A DNA stretch of 60,952 bases, the filler included, from Sphacelaria rigidula (Eukaryota), in assembly GCA_964200075.2 (NCBI GenBank). It is 8 parts of 8 records of this genome, joined end to end, with 100 filler letters (N's around TTAATTAATTAA, not from the genome) between each part and the next. Parts side by side here need not be neighbours in the genome. Positions count along the whole stretch, not along the records: positions 22,897 to 30,428 come from CAXNAA020014474.1; positions 30,529 to 38,059 come from CAXNAA020014475.1; 6 more parts are not named here. One strand, written 5' to 3'. The notes beneath the pieces are model-generated. The model saw nothing but the letters and a program-made list of their open reading frames with translations. It made no database searches and was not told the DNA's origin. Position numbers and translations under genes: made by a program. Below, piece after piece: positions 26,242 through 37,789 of the stretch (position 1 is its first letter; the number at the start of each line of letters is the position of its first letter).

Positions 26242-26964
26242 TAGTGGATATATAAGAGAAACGGAAGAAGTAAGGCAACAATCGACCAATAGTAGCGACC
26301 GATATCCCCCGAAACACGGACAACCCCGCATTCAACATTACAGACATGACCCATTGTACGAAACGGGCTCCAGAAATAGCAGGACAGTTGAGTACACGAC
26401 AACCGCAACGCGGCGCTTCTCCGGCTTCGCTGCCACGATCAGTAGATCGACCAGGATCGACAGCCAAGGTACATGAGCAACGGTGATAGCTGTGTGCGTT
26501 GTGTAAGCTCATGGACTGAGCACGGGGGAACATTTGTCGTGTCGACTGAGTGTTTCATGAGCATGGTGCCGCTTCGATTGTTCTGTTTTCAGCCCGAAGA
26601 GCGACATGGATTATGAGTATGTACGAAGGCTCAAGACAAGGCATCACAATCAAAAGTGAACCTGAGGAACTGACCGCCCCCACAAACCAAGAGCCCATAT
26701 AGTGGCAAGGAATTTGACCATTTGACCGCCATGATGAGTTATCTCTTGTTAAATTGGCATCAGTTTCTTGGACTTCACAAGGTACAGCGTGGTCCAGATG
26801 ACCTACCCTACTGGTCAAAGGATTAAGCCTTTTGCGACGGGATCCCCAGAAACATGTGATATGCACGCAGGGGCCTTTGTATGAATCGACATCATTTTTA
26901 ATCGTTTCCAACTAAAAATATTACCGATAGATGGAAACGCCCCTGCGTGCAAATCGCATGTTTC

Positions 26965-27562
26965 TGGGATTCCGTGTAACACAGAAGGGAGGTCAACACA
27001 GGAAATTCTATGGTGGTCACCTTACTTTTCATCGCGAGAGGGGTTCAGCGGTCCCTTTCGCTCGTCGACCGTGAAACCGAATTCTGAGAATAGAAGATAC
27101 GATTGAGAGTGAAAAGCGGTCAATTAGTCAATGAATCGTTTCAGTTCCGAAATGCCTCTCCACGAGGCTCAAGATGCTCTCTGTACTGTAGGAGCTTGCC
27201 ACTGAGACCCTTGATACCCCTGAGCAAGGAGGTGACTCTAAATTTCCGAGAACTATCTGTCAACCACCGAGTGGTGAAGTCTACTGTGAGCAAGATATCG
27301 ACGTGTAGCTGTATGCACACGTCAGTGCTAGAGGCGAAGAAAAGTATGCACGGAATGAAAAACTGGCTTTGTTGAATCGAATAGTCAAAGCCACTCTCAA
27401 CCAGCGCTCTACTCTCAATCTCACGAAAACATTGTAGTCGCTGTCCACTGTTGAACATGGTGTGAGATAAAATTCCAGATTGTGTGACTGCACTGAGGTT
27501 CGAACCGACGACCCAACCGCCATAAGGTTTGGAGGGCACCAACTGAGCCACCAGAGCGACCG
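26965..27562 (-). mobile_element. tRNA-derived SINE interrupted by a MITE
   Basis: Head at about 27465-27562 (minus: GGTGGCTCAGTTGG, GGTTCGAACC); body at 26965-27084 and 27418-27465. Confidence 0.75.
27085..27417. mobile_element. ~330-bp MITE nested in the SINE
   Basis: TIR TGAGAATAGA...TTGAGAGTG / CACTCTCAA...TCTACTCTCA; SINE sequence resumes on both sides. Confidence 0.65.
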
Positions 27563-27771
27563 TCTGCCGACAAAAATATGAACAATAGAAGCCGCCTCAT
27601 GACGAAAAAACGCGTGTATGGCAGAGCAGAAGCAGCAGCAACAACAACAGCAGTCCAGAGACAGAAAAAGGGAAGTACAGTCGAGACGATTCGACATGCG
27701 GGCACGATCACAACATGCTTTCCGTGTGCGCCGAGATTGGACGGAAAGTCGTTCCGCACAACCTATCCAAC

Positions 27772-27988
27772 TAGAGGTATACATCTCAAACTCGGCTCCC
27801 GGTGTCCTGGTTCATTCGCTGGCTCTGAGTTGTGTACTATTTTTTCAAGTGAAAGTGATCGCGATTCATAGGAGGATCTGACCTGGCGGTCAAAGGGTCA
27901 CATCATCTGATGAATCGGCATCACTTTCACCTCAAAAAATGGAACAAAACAAACCAGGATACCGGGAGCCGAGTTTGAGATATCTCTA
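27772..27988. repeat. ~217-bp hairpin / fold-back MITE
   Basis: ATCTCAAACTCGGCTCCCGGT.TCCTGGTT pairs with AACCAGGATACCGGGAGCCGAGTTTGAGAT; inner arms also pair. Confidence 0.8.
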
Positions 27989-28274
27989 CTGAGCATGATT
28001 CTGATTCAATTTTCAAGTGACCTGTATACGGCAAGAGGTGGCATCTCCGACGGTCAAAGGATCACAAAGAGACCGTGTTTCTCTAAAAGCAAGTGAAAAA
28101 GTGCACCTGTCTCAGAGCCCCTGGGAACGATTCTGACAGTCCTGTGTGCGGTGTGACATGGACGCACGGAGGGTCTAGCGCCATGGCGAGGAAATAAGGC
28201 GGAAAACACCATGCGGAGCACTGCCGTGGAAGCGATGCTCCCGAAACCTCCTAAAAGGAAATAATGCAATGCTG

Positions 28275-28500
28275 CTTTGTCAGAGCTTGAGAGAACGAAA
28301 TGACCCCGTTTCGCCGTAATATAAAATCAAGTAAGAGCAACTGCTCGCCTCTCTGAGCTTCTGAGAACGACCGAATGACACCGTTTCGCCGTACTCTAAA
28401 ATCGAGTGTGAGCAAATGCTGGCCTATCAGAGCTCCTGGAAACGACGGAATGACTCCGTTTGGCCGTACTATAAAATCAAGTGAAAAAAGTGCACCTGCA
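28275..28500. repeat. 75-bp tandem minisatellite (3 units, plus a relic at about 28070-28130)
   Basis: TGAC.CCGTTT at 28301, 28376 and 28451. Confidence 0.85.
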
Positions 28501-29360
28501 TCCAAGGCTCTTCAACGTCGAAGAAGATTACATGTATTACTTGTATAGGCTGGTTCGGGTTGAAAACCCAAAATTGTGTCCCTGGCAAATGACTTCCGCG
28601 ATACGCACCCAATAGTCGAATACATGGTGTCATACTAACCGCAATGAACAGAAGAAAAGGGTGACATACCCAGATCTTTGTTTAAGGCTCTAGCGGTGGC
28701 GCTATGGACAAAAATATCTCTCGATCGATCAGCACCTTTCAAATTGTTCCGGAAATGAAAACACGACTCCCAAGCCCAATTTCCACCGAATATCCCCATG
28801 CTTCAAATCGTAGTAACCGTCATCACCTCGGGAATTGAACGGGAGAAACAGATTTGAAAACGGTTCCAACGGGGTCGAGTTTTTCCCGAAACCGTAATGT
28901 TTCTGTGATGTGGAGTTTTGGCGTCGTCTGATTTCCACTCGTGATACGTACGAAAGACCCACGGAGTCTCGTGACGATTTCCCTCTATCTGTTGTAGAAA
29001 AGCTCAGATCATCCTCGAACTTCGCAGTTCCGTAGGTATTGATGCTCCAAATGGAAAAATTGTATTCTTGACAATATTTCGATGTTCCTCCGTTCTATAC
29101 CGGCTTCCGGGGGCCCCAGAAGAAAGACCCCCCAGAACCCGGCACAGAATGCCTCAACCCCCAAAAGTCTGACGTCTTAGGGTTAGGTGGTATCCCAAGG
29201 AACATGTGTACGAATTTTCGTTGCTCAACTCGAAAAACTGAATCGGCTGAGTCTTGTACCGTAAAAACAACCATCAAAAAGGGCGATTCTATCCTTTAAT
29301 CAAGTAATTAGGGGGGCCGGCAGTCTTTTTTATGCTTCAGCGCACGTTTTCGAATTTCCT

Positions 29361-29626
29361 CACGTCGTTTTTTCGAGTTAGACCACGAATTTTTGCACAC
29401 ATGTTTTCGAAGGCATTATCTAAAACTCGAAGGACGGTTTTTTATTTTGTCGTTCGTTGATCAGTTATCCAGGGTCGCGGTTGACCAAGTTGACCGGGGG
29501 GGGTGCAAATCCCGGCTATCTCGACCCCTAAATTAAGAAATTAAAAAGTCCATTCCTCGAGTTTTAGATAATGCCTTTGAGAATATGTGTGCAAAATTTC
29601 GTGGTCTAACTCGAAAAAACGACGTG
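29361..29626. repeat. Inverted repeat with ~74-bp arms (MITE-like)
   Basis: CACGTCGTTTTTTCGAGTTAGACCACGAA... / ...TTCGTGGTCTAACTCGAAAAAACGACGTG. Confidence 0.85.
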
Positions 29627-29880
29627 CAGAATCGCCGGGGACAAAATCTTGGGCTTTTAACCTGAACCCGCCTGTATGTATGCCATAGTATCGAAAGAGC
29701 AGACAACAGCTTGCTAGAAGTAGTGGTATCAGCGAATCAAAAGCACGTGATTTTCCCGAGGGCCAACAACAAACTAAATAATTGCGGCCCGAAAACGCGA
29801 ACCTCGACACACACGCATTTTCTCAGGTGCAAATTGTCGGACTCCTCTCAATCGTGCCATAATACACCGGAAAAAACCAG

Positions 29881-30033
29881 GTGCTCCTCGAACCTGGGAT
29901 GAAAACGCCGTGGTCTCGGTACGGCATCGGACAGTGGGTACAATTTGATATGGACACAGCCGCTGGTCCTCCTACTATCGAGGCAATTGAGATTACGTTC
30001 TACAAAGGCGACACGCGTGTGCAGAAGTTCGAG
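29881..30033 (+). CDS. Internal exon encoding part of an F5/8 type C (CBM32-like) carbohydrate-binding module
   Basis: cag| ... |gtgcgt, 153 nt, phase 0-0; VLLEPGMKTPWSRYGIGQWVQFDM...IEITFYKGDTRVQKFE fits the TRWS.G.GQW.Q.DLG...I.FYKGD.R...F pattern. Confidence 0.7.
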
Positions 30034-30264
30034 GTGCGTGCATGTTTGTGTGTATCACGTGTGTGACTGTTGGATGCCTGGAACTATGCTGATTGGCTGA
30101 GTCATTAATAGACTGATTGCCTCACGTTAACTGATCCCCTACGAATCCAGCCGCGGTCACGAGATCTGGTGTTGTCGAAGAGACCTGTTATTACTTGATC
30201 ACGATAAAAAACTATCACGAAAGATTCAACAAATTCGCCATAGTTTTCATCGGCATTATCGACA

Positions 30265-30428
30265 TCATCAGTAGCGTCGTCATCATCACCATCACCATGA
30301 TTATCATTGTCATTATCGTCGTGATCGTCATCATTGTCATCATTGTCATCAACATTTTGAGTAGCAGCAGCAGCAGTAGCATCGCTATCACCACCACCAC
30401 CACCATCACCATCACCATAACTATCACC
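30265..30428. repeat. Degenerate (ATC/ACC)n microsatellite
   Basis: Direct reading. Confidence 0.9.
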
Positions 30429-30528
30429 NNNNNNNNNNNNNNNNNNNNNNNNNNNNNNNNNNNNNNNNNNNNTTAATTAATTAANNNNNNNNNNNNNNNN
30501 NNNNNNNNNNNNNNNNNNNNNNNNNNNN
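30429..30528. other. Artificial scaffold linker
   Basis: Same structure. Confidence 0.99.
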
Positions 30529-30625
30529 GGGGGGGGGGGGGGGGGGGGGCGGGGGGGGGCGACTCATTTGTTGCTCGCCTTCGTCGTTTGACCGTTGACC
30601 ACGCATCCCTTTCGAGACGGAGCAC
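30529..30625 (-). mobile_element. 3' tail of the poly(C)-tailed LINE
   Basis: G-run followed by the reverse complement of the 70-nt tail. Confidence 0.9.
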
Positions 30626-30643
30626 AGCACAGCACACCCCAGA

Positions 30644-31140
30644 TGGGGTTGGCGTCGGTTGGCGATGACGCTATAAATCACGCCAATCACTGCGTGAGGC
30701 AACCAGGTTACCGATTTGTTTTGGGCGCTTGCGTTTTTTTTGCGGTAACCATTATGGTGGTCAAGCTAGATCATGTTGTGCGGCGTGGGAGAACCTCAAC
30801 TCCGCACAAAGGGGATGATCGCACTACGTGGTGTTTATATGGTGAGACACCCATGAGGCAGTGTATAAGCCGTTGCCGTCTCTGGAATTGACAACACCTG
30901 AAAATGAAGCAACCCATCGTAGGCTGTCATCCACATGCAAGAAAATCAGTAAGCTTCGGGCCGAACAATCTTAGCAAGATGCAGGCACCCTTCATGCGAC
31001 TCGTCGAACACACCACGGCGCTTGGTGATTGAGTGCGAGCCTGGTCCGGCGAAAACCCGGCGTGCTCCGTCCCGGCTTTGTAGGGATGCGAGGTCAATGG
31101 TCAGATGACTATGGCATGCATGATCATGAGTACACCCCCC
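30644..31140 (+). mobile_element. Apparently full-length ~500-nt non-coding C-tailed element (SINE-like partner)
   Basis: Multi-copy across scaffolds; starts GGGGTTGGCGTCGG, ends GAGTACACCCCCCC; 3' 80 nt homologous to the LINE tail. Confidence 0.85.
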
Positions 31141-31213
31141 ATCCGCCTCGAAGGATGCATTGTCAATAGTCAAATGGCTATGGCAGGCAATAAATGAGAA
31201 CGCCCCCTCCCCC

Positions 31214-32738
31214 GTGGTGAGTTATCACCCACTCTGTTCAAGGAACATATTAATCACCTGGTCATAGCGATAGAAGCACCAAAGCAAAGATTTGAGGCGA
31301 GAGAAGACACGGCATCAGGATTGATGTTCGCGGATGATTTCGCGGGGATATCGGAAACACCAGAACGATCGCAGAAGAAAATAGAGAAGGCGCTAGAATA
31401 CACTAGGAGATGAAAAGTGACAGCGAACGTGAATGATTGCGCGGTAGTTGTATGCAACGAAGATAAGAAAAATCCGATAGAGTTCAAATGGAAGTGGGGA
31501 AAAGAGGAATTGCCGATCGTATACCAGTATACGTACCTTGGCGTAGACATGTCAGAAAGTTGTTATCGGGATGCACACATGAATGAAATAATCGAAAACG
31601 TTAAGGCACAGATAGGCAAGATGGACGTGACGCTAAGAGACTCGCACCTAGATACTACGAATAAGAGCTAAACTCTAATGAATGTGATTGTACCGAAGCT
31701 GGAATATGCGGGAGAAACATGGGAGAAGAACACGAAGCTGATGAAGAAGTTGGAAACAGTACAGATGACAGCAGCTAAGAAAGTACTTGGATGCTCGAAA
31801 ACGATGACTAATTATACAGCATTGAGAACAGAATTGGGAATTTATCCACTTCAAACAACCAGAGACACGAGAAAATTGAACTGGCAACATGATGTAAGAG
31901 ACATATCGAAAAACATATGACCAGCCATAGTTGAAGGGGCTGTATGAAAGAAAGTAACGAAATGACAGGCTGGAATAAGGTGGGATAGCGTAGTCAAGAA
32001 AGTATGGAAGGAGGTAGGAGGAAACCTAGAAGACCAGATACCGTCCAAAGGTGAATGCGGGGGGTACAACACTCAAGTACGAGACATGATGGAAATAAGG
32101 TAAAGAGAAAGACTACGGTGAAAGGTAGACGAGGCAGAACACCGGAAGATATACGGCGAGTTGAGAGAGGGGATAGGTATGGAACCATATCTGCATGGCC
32201 CAATAGACTCGGCGAAAAAAATGAAAATGCGATTTCGGGTGTGGGACCTGGACCTGCCAGAAAGGAGAAACATATATGCCAGAAGTCGAGTGGGGGAGGA
32301 ATTATATGCACAGAATTGCCCATGTGGCAAAGCAACAGAGAGTAGAACTCATATGGTGGCAAAATGTGACCTACACAAGGAAGAATGGGACTTGCTAGAG
32401 GGAGGAAAATGGGAAGTAAACGAAGGTCGCATATCAAAAAGGGAAATGTGGAAAGTGGACGAAGATGGTATGAAACCGTTTGGTGGGTTAGACAAAAGCG
32501 AGATAACGATCGCTGCACTAGGAGACAGGTGATGGCCACAGACGGCGAATCATGAAAGGGATAAGATACGTGAACATTTTTGTGCAGTGTATGGAAAAAA
32601 CAGAATAAGCGCCCAAAGTGGTGGAAGTGTCTCTTTTTGGAGTAGGAATGGTGCTCCGTCTCGAAAGGGATGCATGGTCAATGGTCAAACGGCAAAGACA
32701 AGCAACAAATGAGTATGCCCCCCCCCCCCCCCCCCCCC
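31214..32738 (+). pseudogene. 5'-truncated, disabled non-LTR retrotransposon (LINE): RT, C-terminal CCHC, 3' tail and poly(C)
   Basis: LSPTLF, GLMFADDF, YTYLGV, CPCGKATESRTHMVAKC; several stops and frameshifts; ends gtgctccgtctcgaaaggg...gagtatg followed by a C-run. Confidence 0.93.
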
Positions 32739-33017
32739 AAACCCATCTGGCATTAATCCAAACAACACATCTTGAAAACCCCACAAANNNNNNNNNNTTG
32801 GGGGGGGAATGGGGCTCCGCCTCGAAAGGGGTGCAGGGGAAAAGGTCAAACGGCAAAAAAAAACAAAAAATGAGTTTGCCCCCCCCCCCCCCCCAGCTAT
32901 GGCATGCATGATCATGAGTACACACCAGCCTTGGTGAGACACCCATAAGGCAGTGTGGAACCCGAGGCTGTCTCTGTCCAGAAAGTGAGTATTCTGGAGA
33001 TTCCTATTATTGAACTC

Positions 33018-34960
33018 ATGGAAAATCTCAAAGCGTCTGAAGAGCGTCAAGAGAGAAACGATGCTCTACTTCGCGAGTTGTTGAGTGCTTGCAAAGACGC
33101 CTAGCGCCGCGGGCAAGAGGCCCCTGCTGGCGCAGACGAGAATGAGGCAGGCGGTGTCGAGGCTGCCGCCGCCAGCAGTCGATTGGAGACCGTTGCTCGA
33201 CAAAGAGGAGTCCCACACAGCAGTGTCTTTCCCGCTTCTGACGTGGTATTTGTAAGAAGAGGTGGACTATCATATGATAGCAGTAATCATATGGCTGGCG
33301 AGTCGGGGAATTTAGTTGTTCATGATTTTACGATGTCGCCGTGTGATGTATGCCATGTAAAGTCGGGGGTCCCCAAATTCGACGGCTCCGATCGTTCATT
33401 TTCCCTCTTAACATTCAAGTTTGAGGAGTTCACCAGGCGAGTCGGGTGTTTATTTGTCTTCCAAAGCGCAATCAATGATATAGTGTTAGGAGCTCCCGTT
33501 TTTCACGGCCATTTTCTTGTCAATACGTCAGGTATTCCTGTATCGGAGGTCAAGATGAACGTTTTGGCGTGGACGTGTTTGGATGAGAATGTCTCGAAGA
33601 CTGACATTCTGACAAAGATCTTTCGACTGCAATCCCCTGGTGCTGGTTGGAAGTTCCTTGTGGACTGGTACTTGATCAAGTCGATCAGTGTGACAGAGGA
33701 ATAGACGGAGAAAATTCAGAACATTACCATGCATAAGGGTGAAGAGCGAAGGAGGTACTCCGCCCGGGTAGATGAAATTTCTAGCGTTTTGGACTCTTTT
33801 GGAGAATTGAAGTCTGCGAATGAGAGTGTCCGCAGAATCGTGAGAGGCCTGTCTGACGATTATTCTTTACAATGCAGAACTTTCATGTTGAAAGAATCCC
33901 GCCAGCGTGTGGAGAGCATTTCAAGGCAGAGATACCTTGACATCCCAAAAACAGAGAAGGCCGGTCAGACTCTATTACCTAGTGTTACGTCTCATGTAAA
34001 CGACAGCAGTAGAACAGGAATATTTTGGGATGGTCAAGCTCGTGGAAGGAAGGGAGGAGCTCGTGGCGGTGGCCGCGGTGGCAGCGGCCAAGGTATTGAT
34101 ATTGATGGTAACGACAACAATAGCAGCAATGCTGGAGGAAACAACAGCGGTAGCCGTCACCTGTACACTCCCTCTTCAACTCCAAGGGAAGACCTCCGAG
34201 GAAAATGAACAAGGTGCAAGATGCCCGGGCATTACTCGGCGGACTGTCGTGCGCAAGTTATCCCCTCCCCGAGTCAGATGCCTTCTACTACAGATGGCAA
34301 CGGTGAGAGAGTTCCTTGTGTCGCTCTTGATCCGGTTAGTGCCTGCAGTGCCGAGGATAGTCAAGAGTTTCGATCTGAAAGCTGTGAGTTGGAAAAATGG
34401 CGTGCGGATAGTGCTGCGACTTTTCTCACGACCGGTTCAAATGAATTGATGTGTGATACTTATCCATCCCATGATAAGGTTATGAATGGAAATACGACCT
34501 TACTTCATGTTGAGCGCGTTGGTACGGTAACTATTGCTTTTCCGAGTGATACAGGAGATGTGGCATTGAGGCTTGAAGAAGTCGCTGATGGACCGGAGTT
34601 GAAATTCAACTTGTTCTCTTTGGTTGTTGCTCACCAAAACAAATTACACTTCAAGCCAGAGGAAGATGAGATCACACTCAGTGTTCTCGACGGCAGACTC
34701 AAGTTTGCGTTCAATGGCTCGTCCTTCTGTAAGCTTGGCTACCGGATAGACTGCAATGACGTCATTTCCCCCTCAAACGTTTTGCCCACGACGGAAATAC
34801 AGGTGAAGCCTTTTCCTGATGAGGCGCCTACTACTGCTGACCCAGTTCTTGCCCCCGGTGATTGCGTATCACCCACGCGTATTGATGTTTAATGATTTTC
34901 ACCGTTTGTATGGGCATTAAAACGAATTTATTTCGAACGAAACAGCGAAAGCACTTGTTG
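33018..34960 (+). pseudogene. Ty1/Copia gag-protease-(pre-integrase) remnant
   Basis: Gag (PKFDG, AWTCL, IVRGLSDDY), GR-rich linker, decayed zinc knuckle RCKMPGHYSADC, protease WRADSAAT and LKFNLFSL; frameshifted IDVNDFH..YGH; cut off by a C-tailed element. Confidence 0.85.
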
Positions 34961-34962
34961 TA

Positions 34963-35231
34963 AAGTAGCGATACCAGAAAATAAAGCAACTCATTGTTGG
35001 CTGTCAACCAAATGCAAGGTGATCAGTACGCTTCGGGCCGAACAATCATAGCAGGATGCAGCTGACCCTTCATGCGATTCGCCGAACACATCACGGCGCT
35101 TCGCGCTTGGTGATTGGTTGCGAATCTGCTCCGGCGAAAACCTGGCGTGCTCCGTCTCGGCTTGTAGGAATACCAGGTCAATGTTCTTATGACTACGGCA
35201 TGTACTGTCATGCGTACACCCCCCCTCTCCC
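34963..35231 (+). mobile_element. 5'-truncated C-tailed partner element
   Basis: Matches the 3' half of 30644-31140. Confidence 0.85.
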
Positions 35232-35242
35232 GCCCCTTTCAA

Positions 35243-35747
35243 GGATTGGCGTCGGTCGGAAACGACGCTGTGAAATACGCCACTCACCGCGTAAGCTAGG
35301 CAGCCACGTTACCGTGGGCTGTTTCGCTGGCGTTTTTTTGGCGGTAACCATGAATGGTAGTCGAGCTAGATCACATTGTGCGGGATTGCAGAACCCGAAC
35401 TCCGCGCAAAGGGGATGATCATGCTTCGTAGTGTTTATGTGATGAGATGCATGAGGCAGTGTAAAGGCCGTGACTGTCCCTGAAAGTGGCTATACCAGAA
35501 AATGAAGAAACTCAGTGTAGGCTGCCATTCATATGCAAGATAATCAGTACGCTTCGGGCGGAACAATCATAGCAGGATGCAGCCGACCCTTCATGCGACT
35601 CGCCAAAGATATCACAGCGCTTCGCGCCTGATGATCGATTGCGAGCGTGGTCCGGCGAAAACCCGGTGTGCTCCGTCCCGGCTTCGCAGGGATGCGAGGT
35701 CAACGGTCTTATGACTACGGCATGCAGTGTCATGCGTACACCCCTCC
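35243..35747 (+). mobile_element. Full-length C-tailed partner element, directly after the previous copy's C tail
   Basis: Collinear with 30644-31140 from GGATTGGCGTCGG to GCGTACACCCC. Confidence 0.85.
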
Positions 35748-35772
35748 TATTGCCACTGCCAGGTGAACATCA

Positions 35773-36158
35773 CATTCGTGAGGTGGGGAATATGTTTTCA
35801 AATGGCAGAGTTTTCCCGCAGTTTTACAGGCTATGGCAACCGATTGAGAGCTTTCACAGTGAAAGTTAAAAGGCTACCTTCGAAATGCGATCAGGTTGAT
35901 TATTGGTGGTTGGAATCTGGCATTTCTTACTTGTCAGCAATTCATAAGGTGAAAGCTTGCATCTTGGTGTCGGCTGCTCGCCTCATATCTGGGTAATGAC
36001 CTGCGCAATTTTTGCTATTGCTGTTCTTCTTGATCGCACGCGGTAGACGGCCATTACAGTTCCGCTGTGAACGTTCTTCAATCGGTCGTTATCCCCTCTA
36101 AAATTGCGGAAAAAATGCTGGTCCTTCACTTGAAAGTGTATACTCCATCTCACGAATA
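35773..36158. repeat. Old fold-back element with ~105-bp diverged arms
   Basis: ATTCGTGAG.TGG.G.ATA...CCGCA.TTTTA...ACCGATTGA pairs with 36048-36158. Confidence 0.65.
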
Positions 36159-37789
36159 TTCTGTTTCTCGCCATCAAGGCATGCCTAGGACAGATCTACC
36201 GTGGTCAATTTATCAAAACAATGGAGAAAAACGACAAAAAAAGCGCCGTTTGGCGGGTTCTTATAGGAGACGATCACTTGCGTCTCTCACAATCGTTTTG
36301 GAATGTATTCTCTCTACAGCAACCTCTTATGAGTCCTATCAAGAACATTATTTGTCCATATCGAAACCCAGATCTTCACACAGGTGAAAAAATGCGGTGG
36401 ATTTGGGAGCGATCGTTGGTCTAGCATCTATCTCTGTACTGCTATAGACCAGACACAATACGGCAACACAACACCTACCCCCAGCGCCCCGAAAAAACAC
36501 GCACAGATATCCACCACTCACCGCATAAGCTCTAGTGCTAGCTAGCCCTTGGCCATCTACAGACGGCAGTCTTTGACGGAATTCCGTTTTATATTGGAGA
36601 ATAACGGCCGCGTGCATCTCAAATTACAACCGGAAACGTGCCATTGCTGCCCCCTTGTGCGCGTGCGCCGTGCGCGCGTCTCACAAATCATTGTTCCTCG
36701 TTGAATTCAAAACGGTTTTGAGCAAGACCACGCATAACGTGCTCAGATGATGAGCAGATAGCGACGGCTCGAGCTGCTGGGTTTGGTTTGCGGGGGTAAT
36801 GAGTTCTTCACTTTCAGCTCTGATCGTGTTGGGTTGTGCATCAAGCCTTGCATGTTCTCCTGCCAAACTGACACTAATGTTCCTTTTAGGGCTGAAAACA
36901 AAGTCGTTTCTTGCAAAAGCGATGCGAGGAGGTAAGAGTCATTTCTCTCCCTGAAATCGCTTTTGTTACTCGATTTTGGGCCACTTTGTTTTTTGGGGTT
37001 CTGTTTTTTTTGGGGGGGGGTAATATGCAGCGACCAATCACAGGTTCTTTCATCAAAAACCAATTTATATAAAACGGTTAATCGTCTACGATAAGAAGCT
37101 GTCTTAAAGAGTTCCGAAATACTGTTCTCTAGGGCTGGGTACCGGTACACCCAGCCAATATATTACATACTGGCTGCGTCAGTAGCCAGTATACTGGATC
37201 CCGCCACTACCTTGGTTGAGTCCGCGGCGAAGCCCCGTCGGAGGCGCATGTTCTCGCGATTTGGCTCGACTAGAGCAAACATATGCGATTCGACTTAACT
37301 TGCAACTCAATTAGTTTGGTTTCCATTGAATGATGAGGCGTTAGTGTGGGACGTGCGGGGTTAAGAATGTACTGGCAGTACTGACTCCTTTTTTTCCAGT
37401 ACCGGTACACCGCTTGTGCCAGTAGTTCTGCCAGTGTGTGTTCTGGTCCAGTCCCCAACCCCAGGTTTTTCACGGTCCAGGATCAGGATGCAAGAAAAGA
37501 AGAAGGCGGTAACACACACGTTGGATGCTGACAAAAAGTTTAGGTTGAACTTCTGAGTATCGGAACCCTGTTTTGGGATCCTCATCCTGAAGTCTGAAGT
37601 GTCCTTCAGTGTTCAGGATAGCGTTGACGATGATGAAGCGCACCCGCCACCACAGCCACAGCTAGTTCACAATCAACACACCCATAACACGCAATGTGGG
37701 ACATCCATCACAACTGCCATCCTTAGCCATAATAAACCAGTCATTAATAGCAAGTTTTCGAGGTTCTGTTCTGTAGGGTACAGGTGCGC

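Noticed and set aside
32739-32894. Apparent diverged tandem duplicate of the LINE tail (also 40541-40692)
   Set aside because: Flanks a 10-N gap and looks like low-quality read sequence after C/G homopolymers; treated as an assembly artefact.
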